Part shown: positions 20,194 to 28,649 of the stretch, in pieces
Numbering within the stretch: the first letter of the stretch is position 1
Layout: the number at the start of each line of letters is the position of its first letter
NCBI GenBank assembly: GCA_963744995.1
Contig: CAVUWA010000005.1
Location: 64,001-128,000 of the forward strand
Reading direction: 5' to 3'
Length of the DNA stretch: 64,000 nt
DNA from: Candidatus Eiseniibacteriota bacterium
GTDB taxonomy: Bacteria; Eisenbacteria; RBG-16-71-46
Translations under genes and position numbers: made by a program
Notes under the pieces: model-generated
The model's database searches: none
Told to the model about the DNA's origin: nothing
The model's input: the letters and a program-made list of their open reading frames with translations, nothing else

Positions 20194-23100
20194 TCACTCG
20201 AGCACGCTCACCCGCCGGATGGCGGTCCGATCGCCCTGGACGAGCCGCACGAAGTAGATCCCGGACTTCAGCGACTGCCCTGCGCCGAGTGCCACCTCGT
20301 GCCGCCCGGGCCCGGACGCGCCCACGTGACGCCGGGCGACGCGGCGCCCGCTCACGTCCAGCAGCTCCAGCGTTGCCGGGGCGGACACCGCCAGGGAGAA
20401 CGATACGTGCAGCGGACCACCCCGCCAGGGATTGCCCAGCGGCTGGAGCGCGAACTCCGTGGTCTCCACCCCCACGTCCACGGTGCCGTCCGGGGCGAGC
20501 AGCGCGAAACCGCTCTCATTGCCGTTCACGTCGACCGCCGAGAGCTTGTAGTACGAGCCCGCGGGACCGGGGTCGGCGTAGCCCGTGTCGGCCGTGGCCG
20601 TGACCAGATTCCCCGGCCCGGGCACGAACGCGGAATCGTTACCGCGGTAGACGCGGTAGTGCCACAGATCCGGCTCGGCATTCGCCCCCCAGTGAAGGTG
20701 CGTGGCGCCGGACAGATATGCGGCCGTGAACGGCGCCGGCGGTACCGGCGGCAGGTTGTCCACGGAGTACCCGGAGTCCGGAGCCGAGTCGTAGAAGCTC
20801 GTCGGCGTGGCCGTGAGCGCGCGCACCATGAACACGGCCCGGTGTGGGCCGGAACCGTTGGAGTCCGCGAGCGTGGGCACGACGACCTGATAGGCGTCGT
20901 CGCCGGTGGCCGTGATGGTGGTCAGCTCATCCCAGCCGAGGAGCGTGGCGTCCGCGGGATCCGCAGCGGGCTCATCGGACACCCCGCGCGCGGAGGCGAG
21001 CGGGGCGAGAACGAGTTCGCGCCGCAGGATCTTGTACTGCGTGATCGGCGTTCCCGACCCGACGTAGTCGAGCGGGCTGCGGCCGAACAGCAGCCGGACC
21101 TCCCCGCCCTGATCATCGGCCACGTCGGTCACCGCCAGGATGCCCGCGGCCGCGGTCGGCACCACCCGCTGCAACGCCTCGCTGGAGAAGCTCCCGGAGC
21201 GCCCGGCGTCTCCCTTGTACACCGCGGTGATCTTCCGCTCGCCCAGACGCGGCGCGAACAACGCGAGCCCGGCGACTCCGCCGTTCACCGGCGACGTGCC
21301 GAGCAGCGTCGTGCCGTCGAAGAATCGCACCGAGTCCCCGGGTGCGCCTCCGCCCGGCGGGATGAGGGTCACGCTCGCCGTGAGCGTCACGGGCGTGCCC
21401 AGCACCGCCGGTGCCGGCGCGGCCGTCACCTCGGTGCGGGTCGGGACGAGGCCCGGCAGCAGCGCTACGGTGTTTGCACCGAAGTTCGCGGTCGCCAGGT
21501 CGGGGCGTCCGTCGCCGTTGACGTCTCCAACCGCCACCGAGCCCGGGCCGGAGCCGGCGGGCAGGTCCGTCTTCGGGCCGAAGCCGCCGGCGCCGTCGCC
21601 GAGGAACACCGACACCGTGCCGGAGCTGAGGTTCGCCACCGCCAGATCCGGGCGGCCGTCGAGGTTCAGGTCCGCAATTGCCGCGGAAGCGGGGCCCGTT
21701 CCGGCCGTGAGGTCGGTCTTCGGACCGAACCCGCCCGCACCGTCCCCCGGAAGCACGGACACCGTGTGCGCCTGCGAGTTGGCGGCCACGAGATCGAGAT
21801 CGCCGTCACCATCCAGATCTCCGAGCGCCAGCGCGGTGGTTCCGGCTCCGGTCACGAAGTCCGTCTTCGGCGCGAACCCGCCCGCGCCGTCGCCGGGCAG
21901 CACCGACACGCTTCCGCTGCTGAAGTTCGCCACGACGAGATCGGGGTTGGCGTCGGCATCCAGCCGACCGACCGCCGTCGCCACGGGCAGGTTGCCCGTC
22001 GCAAAGTCGGTCTTCAGCCCGAACCCCCCCACGCCGTCGCCGAGCAGGACCGACACGCTGTTGTTGTCGCGGTTCGCGACCACGAGGTCCGGGTGCCCGT
22101 CGAGGTTCACGTCGGCGAACCTCGCGCCGCGCGGGCTCGTTCCGGTCGGGTAGTCGGTCTTGGCGCCGAGACCGCCGGCACCGGTCCCCAGCAGCACGGA
22201 CACGGTGTGAGACGAGGTGTTCGCCACGGCGACATCGAGGTGACCGTCGCCGCTCACGTCCGCGATCGTGACCGAGTAGGGATTGCTGCCGGTGGCGAAG
22301 TCGGTCTTCGCGGCGAATCCTCCGAGCCCGTTCGCAAGCAGCACGGACACCGTGGCGGCCGCGGAGTTGGCGGCCACGATGTCGGTGTACCCGTCGCCGT
22401 TCAGATCGGCCATGCCCACGCGGACCGGCGCCGTGCCGGTGGCGAACTCGGACTTCGCCGCGAAACCGCTGCCGCCGCTCAACAACAGGGACACCGTGCC
22501 GCCGTTGAAGTTCGCCGTCGCGAGGTCGAGCCGCCCGTCCCCGCTCACGTCACCGATCGCCAGAGAGAACGGGCCCGTTCCCGTCGCGAAGTCGGTCTTC
22601 GGGCCGAACCCGCCCGCGCCGTCGCCGGGCAACACCGATACGGCGGAGGCGTTGATGTTCGCCACGGCCAGGTCGGGGCGGCCGTCGCCGTCGAGGTCGC
22701 CGATCGCAGCGGAGAACGCACCGGTGGCGGTGACGAAATCGGTCTTCGCTCCGAATCCGCCCTGCCCGTCGCCGAGCAGCACGGAGACGGTGGAGGTGCT
22801 CTGATTCGCCACGGCGAGATCGGCGGCCCCGTCGCCGTTCAGGTCGCCGATCGCCGCCGAGCGCGGCGTCGTTCCGGTCGTGAAGTCGGTCTTCGGGCCG
22901 AATCCGCCCAGCCCGTCGCCGAGCAGCACGGAGACGGAGTTGGAGCTGGCGTTCGCCAGGGCGATGTCGGCATGGCCGTCGTCGTCGAGTTCGCCGATCG
23001 CCACCGAAACGGGAAGGTCCCCGGTGGCGAAGTCCGTCTTCGCCCCGAACCCGCCCGCGCCGTCACCGAGCAGAATGGAGGCGGTGTTGTCGCTGCTGTT

Positions 23101-23613
23101 TGCCACCGCGAGGTCCGCGCGGCCGTCGCCGTCCAGGTCACCGACCGCGAGCGCGACCGGGCCGGCTCCGGTCGCGAAGGTCGTGGCGGACCCGAACCCG
23201 CCCGCCCCGTTCCCGAGCAGCACGGACGCGGTGTTCGCGCCGTTGTTGACGACGACCAGGTCGGAGCGCCCATCGCCGTTCACGTCACCCGCGGCCACCG
23301 CATAGGGGTTCGCGCCGCATGCGAATTCGGCGCCGGACCCGAACCCGCCGGCGCCGTCGCCGAGCCGCACCGTGACGGTGCCGGCGGTGTAGTTCGCCAC
23401 GACGAGATCCGGCTGCGCGTCGCCATTCACGTCCTCGAAGATCCCCGAGATGGGCCCCGCACCCGCCGCGAGGTCCACGCGGACCCCGAGATCGAAGGCA
23501 GCGGCGACCCCCGGCAGGAGCATGGCGCTCGCGAGGAGGATGGGCACGGCCAGTGGGCCTGCCGGGCGAGCCGACATGGCGCGCAGAGGAGCAGGAGAGG
23601 ATACGAAGCTCAT
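20194..23613 (-). CDS. Secreted FG-GAP/VCBS-type repeat protein (14 repeats) with Ig-like and T9SS-like C-terminal domains
   Basis: Fourteen ~49-aa repeats FGxKTDFxTGxxPxSVAIGDxxGDGxxDLxVAN; Ig-like VRFFDGTTLLG...ITAVYKGD; C-terminus DVSGRRV...SGIYFVRL; AGGAG RBS. Confidence 0.88.
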   Translation of the reverse strand: MSFVSSPAPLRAMSARPAGPLAVPILLASAMLLPGVAAAFDLGVRVDLAAGAGPISGIFEDVNGDAQPDLVVANYTAGTVTVRLGDGAGGFGSGAEFACGANPYAVAAGDVNGDGRSDLVVVNNGANTASVLLGNGAGGFGSATTFATGAGPVALAVGDLDGDGRADLAVANSSDNTASILLGDGAGGFGAKTDFATGDLPVSVAIGELDDDGHADIALANASSNSVSVLLGDGLGGFGPKTDFTTGTTPRSAAIGDLNGDGAADLAVANQSTSTVSVLLGDGQGGFGAKTDFVTATGAFSAAIGDLDGDGRPDLAVANINASAVSVLPGDGAGGFGPKTDFATGTGPFSLAIGDVSGDGRLDLATANFNGGTVSLLLSGGSGFAAKSEFATGTAPVRVGMADLNGDGYTDIVAANSAAATVSVLLANGLGGFAAKTDFATGSNPYSVTIADVSGDGHLDVAVANTSSHTVSVLLGTGAGGLGAKTDYPTGTSPRGARFADVNLDGHPDLVVANRDNNSVSVLLGDGVGGFGLKTDFATGNLPVATAVGRLDADANPDLVVANFSSGSVSVLPGDGAGGFAPKTDFVTGAGTTALALGDLDGDGDLDLVAANSQAHTVSVLPGDGAGGFGPKTDLTAGTGPASAAIADLNLDGRPDLAVANLSSGTVSVFLGDGAGGFGPKTDLPAGSGPGSVAVGDVNGDGRPDLATANFGANTVALLPGLVPTRTEVTAAPAPAVLGTPVTLTASVTLIPPGGGAPGDSVRFFDGTTLLGTSPVNGGVAGLALFAPRLGERKITAVYKGDAGRSGSFSSEALQRVVPTAAAGILAVTDVADDQGGEVRLLFGRSPLDYVGSGTPITQYKILRRELVLAPLASARGVSDEPAADPADATLLGWDELTTITATGDDAYQVVVPTLADSNGSGPHRAVFMVRALTATPTSFYDSAPDSGYSVDNLPPVPPAPFTAAYLSGATHLHWGANAEPDLWHYRVYRGNDSAFVPGPGNLVTATADTGYADPGPAGSYYKLSAVDVNGNESGFALLAPDGTVDVGVETTEFALQPLGNPWRGGPLHVSFSLAVSAPATLELLDVSGRRVARRHVGASGPGRHEVALGAGQSLKSGIYFVRLVQGDRTAIRRVSVLE

Positions 23614-23937
23614 CGGGACACTCCTTTCCATGAAGTCCGGCAGCCGCTTGGCGCCCCACGCGGGACGGAGCCGCAGAGCTGCCTCCGGCTCCGAGAACGG
23701 TGCCCGGTCCCGCGGACGGCACGCGTCACGCCCATCAAGGCAAGGGGGGCCGCAGCGGTGCGCAGAAGAGCCCTTACGTTTCATCCACGCAGAACCGGCC
23801 CGGATGCGGACATCGAGTCTCATCTGCGGGCAATGCAGCGGCCCTGCTGCAGCCATGCGAGCAGAAATCCCGGAAGACGTCTGGATACCCTGAAGTCGAG
23901 AATCGCCGCCTTCGCGCCGCGGGCCGCAGAGCCGGTG

Positions 23938-23946
23938 TGCTAAAGT
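23938..23946 (+). promoter_or_regulatory. Possible extended -10 element
   Basis: TGcTAAAGT about 70 bp upstream of the ATG at 24013. Confidence 0.35.
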
Positions 23947-24012
23947 TTGGGCTGGCACTTCAGCCCGTCGATCCCCGGCGCAGCCCTGCTGCACAACCAT
24001 GAGGACCGCATC

Positions 24013-24645
24013 ATGCCAAGGCTACGCAACGCCCTGTTCACGCTGGCCGCACTCGCCATGCTGGTGCCCGCCAGCGCCTCGGCCGACCTTTTCATCTCCG
24101 AGTACATCGAAGGCTCCAGCTTCAACAAGGCCATCGAGATCTACAATCCCACCGGCGCACCGGTGGAGATGAGCGAGTACACGCTCAATCTCTACTCCAA
24201 CGGCTCGGCGGTGGTCAGCCAGTCGTACAATTTCGGCCTGGGTCCGCTCGCGCCCGGCGACGTGCTGGTGGTGTCACGCTCGGACGCCGATCCGGCCATC
24301 GTCGCCGTCACCGACGTACTCGCGCCCACCGTCATCAACTTCAACGGCGACGACGCGGTCGAGCTGGTCCACGGCGCGACCACCATCGACGTGATCGGCC
24401 AGATCGGTTTCGACCCGGGCTCGAGCTGGAGCGCCAACGGCGTCTCGACGGCGAATCAGACGCTGCGTCGCAAGGCCGGCGTCTGCCAGGGTGACCCGAA
24501 CGGCGCCGATCCGTTCGACCCGTCGATCGAGTGGGACTCGTTCCCGCAGGACACCTTCGACGGTCTCGGTGCACACACGGCCAACTGCAGCCCCACGCCA
24601 ACGAACACCAGCACGTGGGGACGCATGAAGTCGCTCTACCGCTAG
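24013..24645 (+). CDS. Secreted lamin-tail-domain protein ending in the WGRxKxxYR motif
   Basis: DLFISEYIEGSSFNKAIEIYNPTG, FNGDDAVEL, IDVIGQIG.DPG and TLRRK, as in the N-terminal LTD of ExeM/NucH nucleases; no nuclease domain; C-terminus TPTNTSTWGRMKSLYR. Confidence 0.85.
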   Translation: MPRLRNALFTLAALAMLVPASASADLFISEYIEGSSFNKAIEIYNPTGAPVEMSEYTLNLYSNGSAVVSQSYNFGLGPLAPGDVLVVSRSDADPAIVAVTDVLAPTVINFNGDDAVELVHGATTIDVIGQIGFDPGSSWSANGVSTANQTLRRKAGVCQGDPNGADPFDPSIEWDSFPQDTFDGLGAHTANCSPTPTNTSTWGRMKSLYR

Positions 24646-24666
24646 TCGCGGCACCCCGAGGTCCAC

Positions 24667-24701
24667 GAGCCGCTCCGCCCGCAACCGGGGCGGGGCGGCT
24701 C
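24667..24701 (+). terminator. Hairpin downstream of the LTD gene
   Basis: GAGCCGCTCCGCCC...GGGCGGGGCGGCTC stem with one G-U pair; no U tract. Confidence 0.4.
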
Positions 24702-24889
24702 GATGCGTTCCGGCGCGGGCGGTCCGGGACCGCCCCCCGGACCTGCTTCCTTTGCGTCGGCGATCCGCGGCGCGACGTAGTATCGTGAGCGCGTCTCCAG
24801 CGATCGTGGCGCAGCCGCATCGGGCCGCCGCGACTCCCCCGAGGTATCGAGCCGGGACGCGGATCGATCCGGAAAGGAGCGAATGCACG

Positions 24890-25486
24890 ATGAGAGGGAT
24901 CCCACTGTTTCTAGCGCTCGCCGCACTGGCGATCGCATCGCCCGTGGCAGCCCAGGAGTCGAGTACCACGTTCCGCGAGAGGATCCTGGGCGCCATCCGC
25001 CTGCCGGAGGCCACCCAGGAAGCGCGCGTGCTCGGCGTGCCGGAGACCGACATTCGCAAGGTGTTCGCGGCGGCGCGCGAACGGCGCCTGCCCGCCGGTG
25101 CGCTGACCCAGGTGATCGTGACCGAGAACGAGGCCGTCCGCCAGAACGGGCCGATCGAGAACTTCGGCGCGTTCGTGCAGTCGAAGCTGGATCAGGGACT
25201 GCGCGGACGCGATCTGGCGGCGGCGATCCGCGCCGAGCACGCCGCGCGCGGCATCGGCCGTGGGAAGCGCCTGAGAGCGCCGTCGAGCGGAGGCCACGGA
25301 GCCGCCGCCGTCGGACGGCCGGCAGACGCCGGCAAGGCGGGGGCGGCGCATGGCAAATCGGGCGACGCCGGCAACACCCAACCGAAAGGCAAGTCCGCGG
25401 CGCCCGGGAAAGGCGGACCGGGTGGCCAGCCGGACGCAGCGGGCAAGGGCGCCGGCAACACCGGCGCGAAGGGGGGTTCGCGATGA
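24890..25486 (+). CDS. Secreted hypothetical protein with Gly/Lys-rich low-complexity tail
   Basis: AAGGAG RBS; signal peptide ending VAA-Q; helical core then a GK-rich tail. Confidence 0.7.
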   Translation: MRGIPLFLALAALAIASPVAAQESSTTFRERILGAIRLPEATQEARVLGVPETDIRKVFAAARERRLPAGALTQVIVTENEAVRQNGPIENFGAFVQSKLDQGLRGRDLAAAIRAEHAARGIGRGKRLRAPSSGGHGAAAVGRPADAGKAGAAHGKSGDAGNTQPKGKSAAPGKGGPGGQPDAAGKGAGNTGAKGGSR

Positions 25487-25821
25487 CGAGACCCTGGAAG
25501 ATGCCGCTGGCCGCGGGCGCGCTGGCGCTCGTGTTCGCCCTGGGAACGTTCGGCTGCACCGCGACCCCCTCGCAGGAGAGCGGCTCCGCGGAATCGACCG
25601 TGGACACGCCGGCCGACACACCCGCCTCACCCGAGGCGGACATGGTGCAGTCGGCCGCGAAGATCGCGACCGAGATCGAAGCGGAACCGGATCGGGCGGC
25701 GGCGATTCTGGAATCGCACGGCATGACACCCGAGCAGTTCCAGGCCCTCATGTACGAGATCGCCCAGGACCCCGCGAAGTCCGAAGCCTACGCTGCGGCG
25801 CGCGCGGGCGGGGGTTCCTGA
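25483..25821 (+). CDS. Small hypothetical lipoprotein
   Basis: ATGA overlap with the upstream gene; hydrophobic signal ending TFGC. Confidence 0.7.
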   Translation: MTRPWKMPLAAGALALVFALGTFGCTATPSQESGSAESTVDTPADTPASPEADMVQSAAKIATEIEAEPDRAAAILESHGMTPEQFQALMYEIAQDPAKSEAYAAARAGGGS

Positions 25822-25858
25822 CCCCGCGCACGGACCGTGACCTCCGCTGCCGGTGACA

Positions 25859-25884
25859 GGGGCCGGGGTGATCGCCCCGGCCCC
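25859..25884 (+). terminator. Hairpin after the lipoprotein gene
   Basis: GGGGCCGGGG tgatcg CCCCGGCCCC perfect 10-bp stem. Confidence 0.4.
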
Positions 25885-26167
25885 GGCCGTCCGCGCGGGC
25901 GGCTGCGAGGCGACGCGCGGCTCGCTGCGGCGGATCGATGCGGGGGCCGTGCTGCTGCAGGAATCGACCCCCGGGCACGCCGGCCTGCGGGCGCGACCGT
26001 TCATGCTGGAGCAGCCCGCATCAGGAGCCTAGGATCCCCAGCGGGACTTCGAGCGTTCCCGTGCAGGGCAGGTGGCGAAAGCGAGTGGGCATGAGGGCCG
26101 GTCTGGATTCACCGACATCAGGACATCTCCGCCATCGGCCGGTCCGTGATCCGCGGGCCCACCCTCG

Positions 26168-27859
26168 ATGACGCGCGCCCTTTCGCCACGCGCCCGGGCC
26201 GTGCTGCTCGCCGGCCTCGCCTTCCTGCTGCTGGTGAGTGGTCTCGAGCTGTTCATGGTGCTGCGCTTCAACCACGGCACGCTGGTCTACACGCTGGATG
26301 ACCCCTACATCCACATGGCCCTCGCGGAACACATCCGTCACGGCCACTACGGCGTCAATGCCGGAGAGTTCTCCTCTCCCTCATCCAGCATCCTGTGGCC
26401 GTTCCTGATCGTGCCCTTCGCATCGCTCGAGTACGGTCCGCTCGTCTTCAACCTCCTCGCGGCGCTGGCCACCGTGTTCGTCTACGCGCGCATCCTCGAG
26501 GGGTCGCTTCCCGCGGCCTTCGAGGGCGCCGGACGCCTGATCGGCGCCCTGTTCCTGATTCTGCTGATTCTCGCCACCAACGTGATCGGCCTGGTGTTCA
26601 CCGGGATGGAGCATTCGCTGCAGCTGCTCGCCGTTGCGGTCGTCGCCTGGGGCCTGATCCTCGAAGGCGAACACGGCGTCGTGCACCCGTGGCTCGTGGC
26701 GGCGCTGATCGTGGCGCCCCTCGTCCGCTACGAGAACCTCGCCGTTTCCGTGGCGGCGGCGGTCTACCTCGCGGTGCGCGGCCACGCCAGAGTCGCGGCG
26801 CTCTCGACCCTGGCGATCGCCGCATGGATCGGCGGCTTTTCGCTCTTCCTGATGCGCCTCGGCCTCGATCCCCTGCCGGAATCGGTGGTCGCGAAATCGA
26901 GCGTCGTGGGCAGCGGGCACGTTCTGGACTCCGTCCTGCGCAACGTGTGGGCGACGGTGCACGACAGACAGGGGGCACTGCTCCTGCTCGGCACCCTGGG
27001 CGCTCTGGCGTTCTGGTTCTTCGGACGGGACCGGAAGGTGCGGGCGGTGCTGGCGACTGCCATCGCCGTGCCGCTGCACGCGGTGGCAGGACAATCCGGC
27101 TGGTACCACCGGTACGAGATCTACATCTGGGGGTTCTGCGTCCTGTTGTGGCTGCATGCTGCGGCGCCTGCTCTCGCCGGACTCCTGGGGCGCGACGCGC
27201 CGCGTCGCGACCGCCTGGGCGCCGTCGCCATGGTGACCTGCGCCGCGGCAATCGCCGGCGCCCCCTACATCGTCGGACTGTTCACGCTGCCGTACGCCGC
27301 GAACAACATCTACGATCAGCAATACCAGATGCACCGGTTCGCGGTCGGCTACTACGGAAAGCCGGTCGCCGTGAACGACCTCGGTTACGTGTCCTACAAG
27401 AATGACGCCTACGTGCTGGATCTCTGGGGCCTCGGGTCCCGTGACGCGCTGCGCGCCCGCACCCGCGGCGCGGGCGGCACATGGATGGCGCGTCTCGCCG
27501 CGGAACATCACGTCGAGATGGCGATGCTCTACGAGGCCTGGTTCCAGCCCCTGCCCCCCGACTGGATCAAGGTGGGCGACCTGACGCTGAGCGGAAAGCT
27601 GGTTACCCCGGCGTCCGCTACGGTGGCGTTCTACGCGACCCACCGGAGTGCATATGCGGGCATCCTGAAGCAGGCCCGGGCCTTCGCGCGCACGCTCCCG
27701 GAGGGCGCACGTTTCACCTTCGTGGAGGATCGCCCCGGCGGCGTCACGGCGGCGGCGGGCGGGGGCACGGGCGCCCGCACGACCACCGGGGCGGCGGCGC
27801 CGGACGGTGCCGGGCCCCGCGTCGCTGGATCGCAACCTTCACCGGAGGTGACGCCATGA
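26168..27859 (+). CDS. Polytopic membrane protein, probable GT-C fold glycosyltransferase
   Basis: DD motif after TM1 (YTLDDPYIH), SSSILW, TGMEH, VRYE, many TM helices, and a C-terminal domain with NDLGY and LDLWGL. Confidence 0.65.
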   Translation: MTRALSPRARAVLLAGLAFLLLVSGLELFMVLRFNHGTLVYTLDDPYIHMALAEHIRHGHYGVNAGEFSSPSSSILWPFLIVPFASLEYGPLVFNLLAALATVFVYARILEGSLPAAFEGAGRLIGALFLILLILATNVIGLVFTGMEHSLQLLAVAVVAWGLILEGEHGVVHPWLVAALIVAPLVRYENLAVSVAAAVYLAVRGHARVAALSTLAIAAWIGGFSLFLMRLGLDPLPESVVAKSSVVGSGHVLDSVLRNVWATVHDRQGALLLLGTLGALAFWFFGRDRKVRAVLATAIAVPLHAVAGQSGWYHRYEIYIWGFCVLLWLHAAAPALAGLLGRDAPRRDRLGAVAMVTCAAAIAGAPYIVGLFTLPYAANNIYDQQYQMHRFAVGYYGKPVAVNDLGYVSYKNDAYVLDLWGLGSRDALRARTRGAGGTWMARLAAEHHVEMAMLYEAWFQPLPPDWIKVGDLTLSGKLVTPASATVAFYATHRSAYAGILKQARAFARTLPEGARFTFVEDRPGGVTAAAGGGTGARTTTGAAAPDGAGPRVAGSQPSPEVTP

Positions 27860-28572
27860 ATGGACGAGCAGGAGCGGCGGCATGGATCGCACTCGCCGGA
27901 CTGGCAGGCGGTGCCGCATGCGGATGCCTTCCCCGGGACAAGCCCACGACGACGGCGCCGCAGTCGGGCGTCGATCGCTGCGGGGCGGTGGCGCTTCCCC
28001 GCATGGTCGTCTTCGAGCGGGCCCCGCTCGACGTGGGCACCTGGACCTTCCGGGCGACGTTGCAGGCGGTGATCCCACCTCCCGACTCCGGCCTCACCGA
28101 TCTGGTGCTGGCCGAGTCCGGCGGCGGCCGCCGCCAGGTGGCGTTCGCCTCCCCCACGGGCCTGCCGCCCGTGAACGAGGGAGAGAGCTACGCGTTCCGG
28201 CTCGACTACGTGGGCGGCGCACCGGACGCGACCGCGATCGTGATCCGCGACGGCGAAGGGCTGTTGTACGCCGCGGCGACCGATCAGCGCCCCGGCGCCG
28301 CCGTGCTTCGTGACGGCCTGCCCGGGTTCACGCTGTCGCTCCTTCCCGCCGAATGCGGGAGCCGCCTCGAGAGCGAGTGCTACGAAGCCGTTCGCAACCT
28401 CGGCCTCGCGGTCGAGCACGCGGGGCGACGGGTCGTGTTGTTCCAGGGCGAGTCGGCCGTTCTCGACGACTATCGGGTGGACTGCCTCATCGCGCAGGAG
28501 GTCACGTACAGTTCCCGTTGCGCCGACGCGGGGCTGCCCGGGGTTTCGTATGTGATCACGCGCCTTCGATAG
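27856..28572 (+). CDS. Hypothetical Cys-containing lipoprotein
   Basis: GGAGGT RBS; ATGA overlap; signal ending ACGC. Confidence 0.6.
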   Translation: MNGRAGAAAWIALAGLAGGAACGCLPRDKPTTTAPQSGVDRCGAVALPRMVVFERAPLDVGTWTFRATLQAVIPPPDSGLTDLVLAESGGGRRQVAFASPTGLPPVNEGESYAFRLDYVGGAPDATAIVIRDGEGLLYAAATDQRPGAAVLRDGLPGFTLSLLPAECGSRLESECYEAVRNLGLAVEHAGRRVVLFQGESAVLDDYRVDCLIAQEVTYSSRCADAGLPGVSYVITRLR

Positions 28573-28594
28573 ACGGGGTTCGGAACGTGACGAA

Positions 28595-28630
28595 CACGCG
28601 GCCGGCGCCACCATGGGCGCCGGCCGCGTG
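28595..28630. terminator. Bidirectional terminator-like hairpin
   Basis: Perfect 15-bp stem CACGCGGCCGGCGCC/GGCGCCGGCCGCGTG between convergent genes. Confidence 0.6.
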
Positions 28631-28649
28631 GGCTTTCGTGCCGCCTCCC

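Noticed and set aside
21470..23500. Regularly spaced DNA repeats that could suggest a CRISPR array
   Set aside because: The ~147-bp period is in frame and encodes FG-GAP repeats; there are no identical repeats with unique spacers and no cas genes.
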